The notes under the pieces were generated by a model. The model did no database searches, was not told the origin of the DNA, and worked only from the letters and a program-made list of their open reading frames with translations. From Trueperaceae bacterium (GTDB taxonomy: Bacteria; Deinococcota; Deinococci; Deinococcales; Trueperaceae): a stretch of DNA of 64,000 nt. Shown here piece after piece: positions 1-9,989 of this stretch (the first letter of the stretch is position 1; each line of letters starts with the position of its first letter). Position numbers and translations under genes: made by a program. The stretch lies in NCBI GenBank assembly GCA_965213705.1, contig OZ243913.1, positions 3,680,001 to 3,744,000 of the forward strand, given 5' to 3'.

Positions 1-183
1 GATGATGTTGGCGACGCCGCGCGGCCCCATCCGTTCGATGTCGCCCTCGATAAGGCCTTGGTAGCCCCGGTAAACGGCCGACACGGTCATGTTCTCAAAA
101 GTAGCGGTGCGCACGACCGCGCGAATGGCGGCGTTCATGCCGGGCGCGTCGCCCCCACTGGTGAGTACGGCGATATGCTTCAT
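1..183 (-). CDS. pfkA: 6-phosphofructokinase, 5' part (runs off window start)
   Basis: Manual translation of reverse strand: [25 protein letters not shown]..., the PFK N-terminal signature; not in the ORF track because it is truncated. Confidence 0.93.
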   Translation of the reverse strand, partial: MKHIAVLTSGGDAPGMNAAIRAVVRTATFENMTVSAVYRGYQGLIEGDIERMGPRGVANII

Positions 184-265
184 CAACTGCCCAGTATAGC
201 TTAGAGGCTGTCGCACAACGCTTTGGCGGCTTTCGGCCAGGCGCGGCGTATACTGGGGCAAGCCT

Positions 266-1837
266 ATGAGCCAAACCCTTCCCAAGGCGCTGCTGGACGC
301 CGCCGCGCACCACGCAGAGCAGACGTGTCTGGTCTATTACGACTCGAGCGGCGCACGCGAAAGCTGGACCTACGAGGCGTTTATGCTGTCTGCCCGCCGG
401 CTCGCGACGCTGTTCAAAGCGCGCGGCGTCGCGCCCGGAGACCGGGTGGCGACCGTCTCGGGCAACCGCCCCGAGGTGCTGCTGAGCTACGTCGCCTGCT
501 GGTTGTTGGGCGCGGCGGCTTGTCCGGTCAACGTGGACGAGTCGCCCACGCGCAAGGCTTATATTTTGAGACACGGTGACTGCAAACTGGCGCTCGCCGA
601 GGCCGAGTACGTCGCGGAGGTGGCAGGTTGTGTGCCCGACCTTGTCCCTATCGAAACGCTGCAGACGGCGTTGACGAACCTCAAACCGCTGAACCTAGAA
701 GACCTCCCGGCAAAAACGGGCGCGTTTCTCGTCTACACTTCCGGCACGACCGGCGCGCCCAAGGGCGTGCTGCTTACTCACGGCAACTTGCTCAGCAACG
801 CGCTGGCGACGGCCAAATGGCACGAACTCAAACAGGGCGACGGCGTGATGACGGTGCTGCCCATTCATCACGTCAACGGCGCGGTGGTGACGGGGTTGAC
901 CTCGCTGCTGGCGGGCGCGTGCAACATTTTAAACTGGCAGTTTTCGCCGCGAACCTTTTGGCGGCGCCTGGCGAAGGAGCGCGCCAGCCTCGCCTCGGTG
1001 GTGCCGACGCTGCTCGAGTTCTTGATAGCGGCCGACGAAGACACCTCTTCACTCGACCTGTCCGAACTGCGCTACTTGCTTTGCGGCGCGGGCCCGCTGC
1101 TGGGCGAGACGGTGACGCGCTTCGAGGAGCGTTTTAGTGTCCCCGTCTGCCACGGTTTCGGCATGAGCGAAGCGACCGCCTACAACACCCAGTTTCCGAT
1201 GGCTTTGCCGAGCGACGAGCGCCGCTACTGGTACCGCGCCTTCGGTTATCCGAGCGTGGGCTGCGCGCTTGAATGCAACGAGGTGGCGGTGCTGCGCGCG
1301 GACGGCTCGGAAGCCGCGCCCTTGGAGCGCGGCCAACTCGCGGTGCGCGGTCCGGCGGTGATGACGGGTTACTTGGGCGACCCCAAGGCGACGAACGCGG
1401 TTTTCAGCGGCGACTGGTTTTTGAGCGGCGACGAAGGCTTTTTTGAAATCGACCGCACCTCGCGCAAGTTTTTTTTCGTGAGCGGACGGCTCAAAGAAAC
1501 TATCGTTCGGGGCGGCGCGAACGTGTCGCCGTTGGAAATAGACGACGTCCTGAAACGCTTGCCCGGCGTCCGCTTCGCGCTCAGTTTCGGGTTTGAAAAC
1601 GTCTTTTACGGTGAAGAGGTGGCCGCCTACCTGGTTTTGGAAGCTGGGACGCGTCTGGACGAAGCGGCGGTGCTCGAGCACGCCAGACACCACCTGCCTT
1701 TCGCCAAAACACCCAAGGTCGTCCTTTTCGGCACAGACTTACCCTTTACGACGACCGGCAAACCGAAACGCCTCGCCCTCGCCGCCACGCTGGCGAGCGA
1801 CTTGGCACGGTACCGGGACGTGCAGTTCAAAGCTTAA
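266..1837 (+). CDS. Acyl-CoA synthetase / AMP-dependent ligase
   Basis: [14 protein letters not shown]-binding loop, GFGMSE, SGD, GRLKE, C-terminal PFTTTGK motif. Confidence 0.92.
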   Translation: MSQTLPKALLDAAAHHAEQTCLVYYDSSGARESWTYEAFMLSARRLATLFKARGVAPGDRVATVSGNRPEVLLSYVACWLLGAAACPVNVDESPTRKAYILRHGDCKLALAEAEYVAEVAGCVPDLVPIETLQTALTNLKPLNLEDLPAKTGAFLVYTSGTTGAPKGVLLTHGNLLSNALATAKWHELKQGDGVMTVLPIHHVNGAVVTGLTSLLAGACNILNWQFSPRTFWRRLAKERASLASVVPTLLEFLIAADEDTSSLDLSELRYLLCGAGPLLGETVTRFEERFSVPVCHGFGMSEATAYNTQFPMALPSDERRYWYRAFGYPSVGCALECNEVAVLRADGSEAAPLERGQLAVRGPAVMTGYLGDPKATNAVFSGDWFLSGDEGFFEIDRTSRKFFFVSGRLKETIVRGGANVSPLEIDDVLKRLPGVRFALSFGFENVFYGEEVAAYLVLEAGTRLDEAAVLEHARHHLPFAKTPKVVLFGTDLPFTTTGKPKRLALAATLASDLARYRDVQFKA

Positions 1838-1951
1838 ACGCGAGCTTTCGAAACAGCGTGAGGTGCAGGCCTCACCGACAACGTGGCCTGCGGGGGTCTA
1901 AACTCAAGTCACCCTCGAGGACGAGGCTCGCGTTATTTCTTAGGAGGCGTC

Positions 1952-2095
1952 TTGTTTTACATCGTTGCACTGCTCGGTTTGGGCGGCCTGTTTGTCGCTA
2001 TGTTCGCCCTGTGGTTCGTCGTGTGGGCTTTTACGATGAGCGGACCGGGCTACGGTCTGGATTTGGAAGACGCTTACGTGCAAATCTCCGACTGA
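1952..2095 (+). CDS. Small single-TM membrane protein (47 aa)
   Basis: AGGAGG RBS upstream of in-frame TTG at 1952; one long hydrophobic segment. Confidence 0.5.
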   Translation: MFYIVALLGLGGLFVAMFALWFVVWAFTMSGPGYGLDLEDAYVQISD

Positions 2096-2519
2096 AACAG
2101 GGTTTTCTCGCCGCTCGCGGTTCGAAAATCACTCGCAGGTCTGAACCTGCGATGAAAGTCCGTCTCGAGCCAACAAGTCCCAAACTGCTAAAACTTATCA
2201 CCGACGGCTCCACGCCCTGCCATGAAAGTCACGGTTCAAACAGCCCTACGCCAAAAGAGAAACCATTTCGAACAGGGTCATCAGGCCGTCACGGGTGCCG
2301 GCTCGAGGCCATCATACGGATTCCGACACTACAGCTCCCCTTGGAAAAGTTGTTCGCTTCCTTACCGAAATCCGTATTTTTTCTCGCTCTGCTCGCATTC
2401 GATTTCGAGGAAATCAAACGGAAAGGGTATCAGGTGCAAGTCTCGGCGCGAAAAACCTCTTACGAGTTGAAACGCAACCCATTCTAAGCTGCGGGCTGTA
2501 CGACCGAAATCCAAAGTAG

Positions 2520-3452
2520 TCAAAACTTTTCGCACTGCGTTTTTAGGAGTGGACTGCCGCCGCGCCGGGACTCGGTAGTGTAAACAAATCCCCGCCCGTC
2601 CTGCACGTAGGCCAAACCCTCTTGTTGAGGAAGCCGCTTCAAGGTGACGCGCTCGGACGGCGTAGCCGCGCCGAGCTTGGTCAAGGGCGCGTCGGGCAGC
2701 GTGCTCAAGTCGAGGCCGACCTCGAACGCGGCGTTGTAGGTTAAGACGAGAAAGCGAGAGCCGTCGGGGGCGATGTCCAAACCGGTCGCCAGGTGGCTGA
2801 GCAGGTCGAAAGCCGAACCGCTCAGGGCGCGCAAGTCCAAGGTGGCGACGAGGCGCAGCGGCAGCGGCGCGCGCGTGTCGGTTTGCCACTGTGCGGCGCG
2901 CACGCGGTAAAGACGGGCCGCCGCCGTCCCGAAGGGCGACACGGTTTCTTTGCTCAAAACGTACAGGTCGCCGTTGGGGTGAACCGCCAAACCCTCGGCG
3001 TCGTGGGGGCCGTCGGGGTAGACGAGAGCGTGCCGGTAGCGCGGCGTGACGCGCTCGGCAAAGTCGCGCTGCTCTTCGACCGCGATGATTTCGACCCGGT
3101 CGCGGATACTGTTGTTGCCGCCGATGTTGCCGAGAACCAAGCAAGAACCGCCGCCGCAAGGCCCGACCGCCAAGGCTTCCAAATCGCGGGCAACGTTGCC
3201 CAGGCTCCCGACACGCACCCGCTGTAACCCTTCACCTTGCAAGTTGGACAAGTAAAAGTAAGGCGAGCCGGAGTCGTTCACGCTGTACAAACGTTCAGGC
3301 ACCAGGGCGGAGACGGCCAAGCCGCTCACCTCACGCAAAGCGTCATCGTCCAACAGACCTAGACGTTCGGCCGCACCCCACCGTTGGCAGGGTTGGGCAA
3401 AACTCAAGGCCGCCGTAACAAGAACCAGCACAAACAAAAGTCGCCGACACAT
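2520..3452 (-). CDS. Exported beta-propeller-like hypothetical protein
   Basis: Signal peptide MCRRLLFVLVLVTAALSFA; repeated blades EVSGLAVS, NDSG, DLEALAV, YPDGPHDAEGLAV, QEGLAY; TACGCT-N6-ATG leaderless start. Confidence 0.75.
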   Translation of the reverse strand: MCRRLLFVLVLVTAALSFAQPCQRWGAAERLGLLDDDALREVSGLAVSALVPERLYSVNDSGSPYFYLSNLQGEGLQRVRVGSLGNVARDLEALAVGPCGGGSCLVLGNIGGNNSIRDRVEIIAVEEQRDFAERVTPRYRHALVYPDGPHDAEGLAVHPNGDLYVLSKETVSPFGTAAARLYRVRAAQWQTDTRAPLPLRLVATLDLRALSGSAFDLLSHLATGLDIAPDGSRFLVLTYNAAFEVGLDLSTLPDAPLTKLGAATPSERVTLKRLPQQEGLAYVQDGRGFVYTTESRRGGSPLLKTQCEKF

Positions 3453-3547
3453 CCGAACAGCGTAAAGCTTGGGCGAGGCCGGGACAGTGAGAAACTGAAA
3501 ACGCCCCGTGCTTACGGGGCGCGGCAGCCACGAACCGTAAAGAGGGG

Positions 3548-3898
3548 CTAGGATTCGAAGGGTCGGACTACCGAGGACGCCGAACACTCGTTGACCTCGA
3601 CGTACCAAGAGTCACCCTTGGCGAATATTTTACGGCTGACGGTTTCGTATTGGCCGAAGTCGACAACGGCGTTGGCGAAGTATTCGGCGACGATTTTGCT
3701 CGAGAAAGGGCCGACAAAACAGTCGTGTTCGCCCTGCCAACGGTTGGGAACGATGGGCTTGGCTTTGTGATGCTTGGACGGCCCCCGGGGTTCACGAGTC
3801 CTAAGATTTTCCACGTTCTTCACCTTTCTCGCAGGTGGTTTGGGCTGACGACGTTTGGGTTGTAGTGACCTGGAAAAGTAGTTTACGGTTTTACTCAA
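3548..3898 (-). CDS. Hypothetical protein (start uncertain)
   Basis: Globular-looking C-terminal half (CFVGPFSSKIVAEYF...WYVEV); fills the gap between two minus-strand genes. Confidence 0.55.
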   Translation of the reverse strand: MSKTVNYFSRSLQPKRRQPKPPARKVKNVENLRTREPRGPSKHHKAKPIVPNRWQGEHDCFVGPFSSKIVAEYFANAVVDFGQYETVSRKIFAKGDSWYVEVNECSASSVVRPFES

Positions 3899-4049
3899 TG
3901 ATAAAGGTGAATTTTTATTCTCATGGCGACAAAAAGGGACGCCGTGTGAAGTTTCTTACCTCAACACGGCCGAAAATTGGGTCGAATACTGCGCTCGAGC
4001 CGATTTTTACCGGTTTACGACCGCGCTGTCGCGTTGTTGCCGCGTTGCC

Positions 4050-5075
4050 TTAGGCGCTCACCAAACTCGGTTTGAACGCACCTTCGGCTGCCAAAAATTC
4101 ACCGATTTGCACGGCGTTCAGCGCCGCCCCTTTGCGCACTTGGTCGCCCGCAACGAACAGGGCGATAGCGCCGGGCCGGCTGGCATCCTCGCGGATGCGG
4201 CCCACAAAACAGTCGTCTTGCCCGCTGACGTTTAGAGGCATGGGAAAAGTGTTGCCCGCGCGGTCGTCGCTGAGTTGCAAACCAGCGGCGTCTTGCAAGA
4301 CCGCGCGAGCCTCCGCCACACTCACCGGTTGTTCGAACTCGGCGTGAATCGCTTCGGAGTGAGCGCGGAACACGGGCACCCGCACGCAAGTCGCGCTGAT
4401 AAGCAAGTCGGGGGCGTGCAGGATTTTACGCGACTCTTGGAGCAGTTTGCGCTCCTCGACGTTGTAGCCGTCTTCGCCGACGTCGCTGTCGTGGCTGAAC
4501 AGGTTGAAAGCGATGGTGTGCTGAAACTTTTTGGGCGCGACGGTCTCGCCGGCCAGGGCCGCTTTCGTTTGCAGGGTCAACTCGTCGATGCCCGCCGCGC
4601 CCGCGCCCGACACCGCTTGGTAGGTTGCAATGGTCGCGCGGGTCAGCCCAAACGCCCGGTGCAGCGGGGCCAGCGCCATAAGCGCGATAATCGTCGAGCA
4701 GTTGGGGTTGGCAATGACGCCGTCATGCGCAAGTGCGTCCTCCGGGTTGATTTCCGGCACGACCAGCGGCACGCGCTCGTCCATGCGCCAGGCCGAGGTG
4801 TTGTCGATAACGGTTGCCCCGTGCCGCGCCCAGTCCCAGGCTCGAGCCTTCGAAATACTCCCGCCCGCCGAAGAGAAAACGATGTCCGCGTGCAAGTTGC
4901 CGTCTTCGGGCAGCGCTTGGACGCTCAGTTCTTGAGCGCCGAAGGAAACCTGTTTACCCGCCGAGCGTTCTGAAGCGTAGAGCGTGAGCGTCGTCAGGGG
5001 AAACTTTCTTGTTGAGAGAAGGTCCAAAAATTCCTGCCCGACCGCGCCGGTGGCGCCGACAATCGCTACACGCAT
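4050..5075 (-). CDS. asd: Aspartate-semialdehyde dehydrogenase
   Basis: VAIVGATGAVG, IANPNCST (catalytic Cys), YQAVSGAG, VRVPVFRAHSE, RKGAALNA. Confidence 0.97.
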   Translation of the reverse strand: MRVAIVGATGAVGQEFLDLLSTRKFPLTTLTLYASERSAGKQVSFGAQELSVQALPEDGNLHADIVFSSAGGSISKARAWDWARHGATVIDNTSAWRMDERVPLVVPEINPEDALAHDGVIANPNCSTIIALMALAPLHRAFGLTRATIATYQAVSGAGAAGIDELTLQTKAALAGETVAPKKFQHTIAFNLFSHDSDVGEDGYNVEERKLLQESRKILHAPDLLISATCVRVPVFRAHSEAIHAEFEQPVSVAEARAVLQDAAGLQLSDDRAGNTFPMPLNVSGQDDCFVGRIREDASRPGAIALFVAGDQVRKGAALNAVQIGEFLAAEGAFKPSLVSA

Positions 5076-5532
5076 ACTGGTTCCTTTCTTGTACCCGCTC
5101 GTCCTGCGGCGTAAGAAAGGAGTCTAGCACACGGCTTGGGCCTGTGCTGCATCTTTTACCTGCTTGCGGCTGGCAGATACCTTGACCGGGAACCGTGTCG
5201 AAAACCTGTGTTCGGTCAGTCTTTCGGCTCGAGCCAGCGTGCAGCGACAGCGGGACGGTTGTCGGGAGGCAGTTCAAGTTTGGTAACGGGTTTGTGAAGA
5301 GGGCCGTTCACGCTTTTACCTTTTGGCGCAGCCCCACCCCTACCGGCAGCGTGTCCGCTCAGTATGATGCGCCAACATTAATCAGTAGTGAGACGTCAGT
5401 ATTAAGACGGCTGAGCGGGTCGGTTTTTCTCGGGTCCGCTTCTCTGAGGCATCGAGACTTCAACGCTTCAGGGAAACGCCGTAACAAGGTGATGAAGGGT
5501 TCAACTCAGCGGTTGCGCCGCACCTCGGTCAC

Positions 5533-6321
5533 TTACCTCGCCAGCTTAAGAATCCTGAACGCGCCCCTGACCACAATCACAAAAACGACTGCGCCGACGA
5601 CAAGGTCGGGTAAACCTGTGTTCAGCCAGTTGACAAGCAAACCCGCCGCAATGACGCCAAGGTTGATGACGATGTCGTTGCTGGTAAATATCATACTGGC
5701 TTTCATGTGCGCTTCGCCGCTTTTCGAGCGCTGCAAAAGGTAAAGGCAAACAGCGTTAGCAGCGAGTGCCAGGACAGATACCGCGATCATGGTGCGGAAG
5801 TCCGGCAAGGCTTCCAAACCAAAAGCCCTTCGCAAAACCTCAAGGAATCCAAACGCCGCCAGGCTGAGCTGGAAGTACCCGCTCCACTTGGCAACCTGTT
5901 TTTTACGCGCCGCCGCTGCTCCGACAGCTACGAGGCTGAGACTGTAGACCAAAGCGTCAGCCAACATGTCCAAACTGTCGGCAACCAAGCCCATCGACCT
6001 CGAGATGAGTCCGGCGGTCATCTCTATAACAAAGAACCCTGCGTTGATGACAAGCACCGCCCAGAGCAAGTTGCGTTGAGCGGTGTGTTCGGCCGCCTCC
6101 TCATTTGACACCTCGGTTCCGACCAGCGACGAGCCGAGTTTGAGTTCGTCGAGAGCTTGTTCGATGCGTGCCAGTTCGCCCTCGTGGAAAACGGTCAGTT
6201 CTCGTTGGGACAGGTCAAAATCCAAACCTCTGACCGCTTCAACGCCGTCCAACTTCATTCTCACTAAAACTTCTTCGGCGGCGCAGTCCATCCGTGCGAC
6301 CTTAAAAAGCGTTCTGTCCAC
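5533..6321 (-). CDS. Cation diffusion facilitator-type metal transporter with N-terminal HMA-like domain
   Basis: MDCAAEE metal-binding-like motif; SMGLVADSLDMLAD and HMKASMIFTSND CDF motifs; about 6 TM segments. Confidence 0.88.
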   Translation of the reverse strand: MDRTLFKVARMDCAAEEVLVRMKLDGVEAVRGLDFDLSQRELTVFHEGELARIEQALDELKLGSSLVGTEVSNEEAAEHTAQRNLLWAVLVINAGFFVIEMTAGLISRSMGLVADSLDMLADALVYSLSLVAVGAAAARKKQVAKWSGYFQLSLAAFGFLEVLRRAFGLEALPDFRTMIAVSVLALAANAVCLYLLQRSKSGEAHMKASMIFTSNDIVINLGVIAAGLLVNWLNTGLPDLVVGAVVFVIVVRGAFRILKLAR

Positions 6322-6483
6322 ACCTCACCCCCCTTGTTGCAAGCAGCCGCTTGTTTGGTTGCAGGCCGGTGTCGCTGCGTAACCGGTGACGATACCGCAG
6401 CCCGGGACGGGCCCTAGCCGAGTCCTCAGCATTTTGGGCAGGACGAGTCCCTAATACCCTACAGCGCAGCGCCTCTAAGTGGC

Positions 6484-6843
6484 TCACAAGGCGAGCCAGG
6501 ACAACACAGAAATGATGCCAAACACAATCCAGGAAAGATGCCTTGCACGTGTAAAAACCAGAGATAGAACAGCACTTGTAGCAAAAACTACGCTAACAAC
6601 CACCAACAAATTTTGCCTTAAGTCTAAGTTGCCGTAAACCGCAAGCAGCAAGTAACCGAAACCGAACCAGGTTACTGTCGTAAGATGCCAAGCGAATCTC
6701 AACGTGAATCGTGTAAAGCTGTCATCCCCAAAAAGCTTAGATAACTGCTCGTACTTCAATAATCTCATGACAATGTATTTTTCACCCAAAAATGAGTGGG
6801 CTACAGCAATTAGAAAAATAAGAGCTGAGGCAGCAGTTAGCAC
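6484..6843 (-). CDS. Hypothetical membrane protein (about 4 TM, AT-rich)
   Basis: AHSFLGEKYI...RFAWHLTT motifs; upstream TATAAT and GAGG; lower GC than flanks. Confidence 0.75.
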   Translation of the reverse strand: MLTAASALIFLIAVAHSFLGEKYIVMRLLKYEQLSKLFGDDSFTRFTLRFAWHLTTVTWFGFGYLLLAVYGNLDLRQNLLVVVSVVFATSAVLSLVFTRARHLSWIVFGIISVLSWLAL

Positions 6844-6948
6844 GAGACCTCTTAACTAGAGATTATACCGTAGCCTAAGCTGGGCTCGAGCCAAACCATT
6901 TCTCAGACAACTACCTCACTTCGCCTCGCGCCATTCGGGTTAGGCTGC

Positions 6949-7185
6949 TCACGCGTCTTCTTTTTCGCGCCACTCGCCGTCGTCGCCCTTTTTGTAGGTC
7001 TGTTTGACGGCTCCCCAGGCGACCCGGTGGGCGGTTTCTTCTCGAGATGCGTCGCCGCGCCGGTCTTCGGGGACTTTGTACTCGTCCCAGGCGCTGTTGT
7101 AAGCCTCTTTGTAAATCTCTTGGGCGTGTTTGGGCAGGTTGTCACGCACGCTGTCGGGTAAGTCTGTAACGCTGTCGTAAGGCAT
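6949..7185 (-). CDS. chaB: ChaB family protein
   Basis: MPY..VTDLPDSVRDNLPKHAQEIYKEAYNSAW...AHRVAWGAVK is the ChaB signature. Confidence 0.93.
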   Translation of the reverse strand: MPYDSVTDLPDSVRDNLPKHAQEIYKEAYNSAWDEYKVPEDRRGDASREETAHRVAWGAVKQTYKKGDDGEWREKEDA

Positions 7186-7286
7186 AGCTGACCCCTTTCA
7201 AACCGAAGTTCGCACAGTGTAGGGCGTTGCGGCGACAAAAACGGTTTCACAGCACCAAAAGTGTTCGTGTCGTGGCCTGCGGTAAC

Positions 7287-7324
7287 CCGAACGGCGGGGT
7301 CCGAACGGCGGGGTCTGAACGGCG
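7287..7324. repeat. 14-bp tandem repeat CCGAACGGCGGGGT x2.7
   Basis: Directly visible in the chaB-rplY intergenic region. Confidence 0.85.
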
Positions 7325-7462
7325 ATGTCAAAGCAGTGGCGTTAAAAAAGCAGTGTCGAGGCAAACCTAGACACGGAAGGGGTTTTTGAGTATCCTATAG
7401 AGTTGCGTGTCTTTATTTAAAGCAATCGAACAAAGGAAAAGCCAAGCACCAGTGGAGGAACC

Positions 7463-8119
7463 GTGGAACTAACCGCTAACAAACGTGAGCCGGGCGAGGC
7501 CAAGACCCTTCGGAATCAGGGGCTCGTCCCAGGCATCGTGTACAACAAAATCGTCAACATCCTCGTCAGCGTCGAGCTGCGCGCCTTTGACCGGGTGTTT
7601 CGCTCGCAAGGCACCTCTTCCATCATCGACTTGGACATCGACGGCGACTCGCGCGAGGTGTTGGTCAAGGCTGTACAGATGGACAAACGCCGCCGCACAC
7701 CTCGTCACATCGACTTTTACGAGGTCACCGCCGGACAGACGGTCGAGGTGGGGGTCCACATCAACTTGGTCGGTACCCCGGCAGGCATCAAAGAGGGCGG
7801 CATGTTGGACGTGCAGCGCCGCGAAGTCCTTATCAGCGTGTTGCCACGGCTGATTCCGCAGGGCGTCGAACTCGACGTGAGCGAAATGGTTATCGGCGAT
7901 TCGCTGCACATCAGCGACCTCATGGCTAAGCTGCCCGCCGAGGCCGAGCTGTTGGACGACCCCGAATCGACCATCGTCACGATGGTGCCGCCGCGCATCG
8001 AGGAAGAGCCCGAGCCGACCGAAGAACCCCTCGAGCCCGCCCTCGTGGGTGAAGAAGGCGAAGAGGTCGAAGGCGAAGAAGGTGCCGAGGCCGGTGCCAA
8101 GGAAGACGCCGACGAGTAA
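7463..8119 (+). CDS. rplY: 50S ribosomal protein L25/Ctc
   Basis: LRNQGLVPGIVY, HIDFY, IGDSLHISDL, acidic tail; GGAGG RBS; precedes pth. Confidence 0.96.
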   Translation: MELTANKREPGEAKTLRNQGLVPGIVYNKIVNILVSVELRAFDRVFRSQGTSSIIDLDIDGDSREVLVKAVQMDKRRRTPRHIDFYEVTAGQTVEVGVHINLVGTPAGIKEGGMLDVQRREVLISVLPRLIPQGVELDVSEMVIGDSLHISDLMAKLPAEAELLDDPESTIVTMVPPRIEEEPEPTEEPLEPALVGEEGEEVEGEEGAEAGAKEDADE

Positions 8120-8126
8120 ACCTCAA

Positions 8127-8687
8127 ATGATTGTTGGTCTGGGCAATCCCGGACCGCAGTACCAGGGAACCCGGCACAATGCCGGGTTTCTTGTCGTGGA
8201 CGAGCTGGCGCGGCGCTCGGGTCAGAGCTTTAAGAAGACGCGGCTGGCCGAGGAAGCGAGGGGCGACCTCCTGCTGGTCAAGCCGACGACGTTTATGAAC
8301 CTCTCAGGCCAAGCCGTTCAGGCGTACATGACGAAGCTAAGTCTCAAGCTCGACCAAATCCTCGTCGTCCACGACGACCTGGACTTACCGCTCGGACGCT
8401 TGCGCCTAAAGCGGGGTGGCGGGGCGGGCGGGCAACGGGGCGTCAAGGACATAACAGACCGCGTCGGTCCTGAGTTCGCGCGGCTCAAAGTCGGCATCGG
8501 CCGCCCGCCGGAACGTTGGACGGTCGAAAACTGGGTATTGAGCAAGTTTCGCGCGGAAGAAGCGGACTTGGTCGCCGAAGTCATCACGGCAGCGGCCGAC
8601 GCGGTGGAGCAGGTCGTCGCCGAAGGCTTGACGCACGCCATGAACCGGGTGAACGGGCTCGAGCTGGGCGAGTCCCAATCAAGCTGA
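8127..8687 (+). CDS. pth: Peptidyl-tRNA hydrolase
   Basis: MIVGLGNPG..Y..TRHNAGF, KPTTFMNLSG, HDDLDL, RLKVGIGRP. Confidence 0.96.
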   Translation: MIVGLGNPGPQYQGTRHNAGFLVVDELARRSGQSFKKTRLAEEARGDLLLVKPTTFMNLSGQAVQAYMTKLSLKLDQILVVHDDLDLPLGRLRLKRGGGAGGQRGVKDITDRVGPEFARLKVGIGRPPERWTVENWVLSKFRAEEADLVAEVITAAADAVEQVVAEGLTHAMNRVNGLELGESQSS

Positions 8688-9338
8688 AAGAGAATGCTTG
8701 CGCCGACGCCGTAAGAAAAGCCCGAGCAACAAGATTCCCAGGGTCACGCCGCCACTCAGCCAACTGAGGCGCAAGAGCAGCGCCCGCTGGCGAGCCTGCC
8801 TCAACTCCTGCTGGTGACTGCGGTCGTCCCACCAGGCCGTCGCCAGTTCGGTTATCATCTGTTCGTTGTCGGCGGGCAAAAGGCGCTGAAACGGCTCGTC
8901 TAAGTCGCTCTCTAACAGCTGGGCCGCCGTGTAGGCGTAAAAACGCTCGTCCGGTAGGGCAGTTTCGGGGTCGGGGGTCACCGTCAAGAACGCGCCCACC
9001 TGCAAAGTGGCGGCGTAAACAAAGCGCGGCTCTTCTTGCTCCGGGTAAAGCCAGTGGACGTAAAAAAGGGTGTAGACGTAACCCACTGCGTCCGCGCAAG
9101 ACGCTTTTTCTTCAAAGGGCACCCGGTACTGTGTCAGGGTTTTGCTAAGAGCTTTCCGCAACCGCTCGGCGACGGCGCCCCTATACAGCGTGTCGAGAAC
9201 AGGGTCGGCGCTCTCGACAGCCACCTGAACCGTGTCGGGGTCCAGGCACAGCGTAAGGTTGCCGAGGTCGTTGTAAGAAACCCCGTGCGCCGCCGCGACG
9301 GACAGGACGAACACAAAGCCCAGCCCGCAACGCCGCAA
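8679..9338 (-). CDS. Hypothetical exported protein with C-terminal membrane anchor (start uncertain)
   Basis: Signal-like FVFVLSVAAAHG; C-terminal TM followed by RRRRK; TTG at 9338 chosen to avoid overlapping the divergent gene. Confidence 0.65.
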   Translation of the reverse strand: MRRCGLGFVFVLSVAAAHGVSYNDLGNLTLCLDPDTVQVAVESADPVLDTLYRGAVAERLRKALSKTLTQYRVPFEEKASCADAVGYVYTLFYVHWLYPEQEEPRFVYAATLQVGAFLTVTPDPETALPDERFYAYTAAQLLESDLDEPFQRLLPADNEQMITELATAWWDDRSHQQELRQARQRALLLRLSWLSGGVTLGILLLGLFLRRRRKHSLSA

Positions 9339-9424
9339 TGCCGCCTGAAAGCGACAAGCCAGCGGAGTCGAAGACCAAACAAACACACTCAATCCCACCA
9401 AACTATGACACAATAAACCGAAAG

Positions 9425-9913
9425 ATGTACCTCTTTCCTTCACACCCGAACGGCTGTTCACAGGCTCGAGGACGCCCTCGAGCCGAGGTGGGCCTCGTTT
9501 GGTTCGTCACGGCGCTGCTCGGTGGGGCCGTCGCCCTGGCCCCGGTTTACCTGCACCTGAACGGCGCGCCCAACCTCTCGGTACACACGGCAACGCCCGA
9601 CGCTCCTCACGCCGGGATGAATCACACGGCGCACGACACCCTGGCGCACGACACCCCGGTGCACGCTACGCCGCACAAGGCCGTGCCCACGCTGCCGGAA
9701 CCGGGCGCGCCCGCTCCAAAGCACGAGCACAAGGGCCACGCGTTTTGCTTTTCCTGCGTGGTGCTGATGACGATGTCGCCGAGCCTCGTCAACCCAGTGC
9801 GCACTAGGTTGACGAGGTTTGACGAGACACGCCTGGGCGGACTCGAGCCTCACCTCAAACTCTTTTTCGACGCCGACGCACAACCCAGGGCGCCACCCTT
9901 TTTTAGGACCTAA
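9425..9913 (+). CDS. His-rich DUF2946/CruR-like protein with CxxC and C-terminal RAPP motif
   Basis: N-terminal hydrophobic segment, His-rich linker, HAFCFSC, ends QPRAPPFFRT*; heads a copper-gene operon. Confidence 0.72.
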   Translation: MYLFPSHPNGCSQARGRPRAEVGLVWFVTALLGGAVALAPVYLHLNGAPNLSVHTATPDAPHAGMNHTAHDTLAHDTPVHATPHKAVPTLPEPGAPAPKHEHKGHAFCFSCVVLMTMSPSLVNPVRTRLTRFDETRLGGLEPHLKLFFDADAQPRAPPFFRT

Positions 9914-9989
9914 AACCCAAACACAGACAGTTTTGACTTTCTCACCGCGCTTTTTAAGCCGCGGTCTGCTACATGCCTGAGGAGACCCC

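Noticed and set aside
2152..2487. Possible CDS or pseudogene (MKVRLEPTS...; ATGAAAGTC occurs twice)
   Set aside because: No RBS or leaderless -10, no recognisable motif, atypical codon usage.
5130..5530. Lysine riboswitch upstream of asd
   Set aside because: Only a short GAGGTGCG resemblance; the other conserved elements could not be found.
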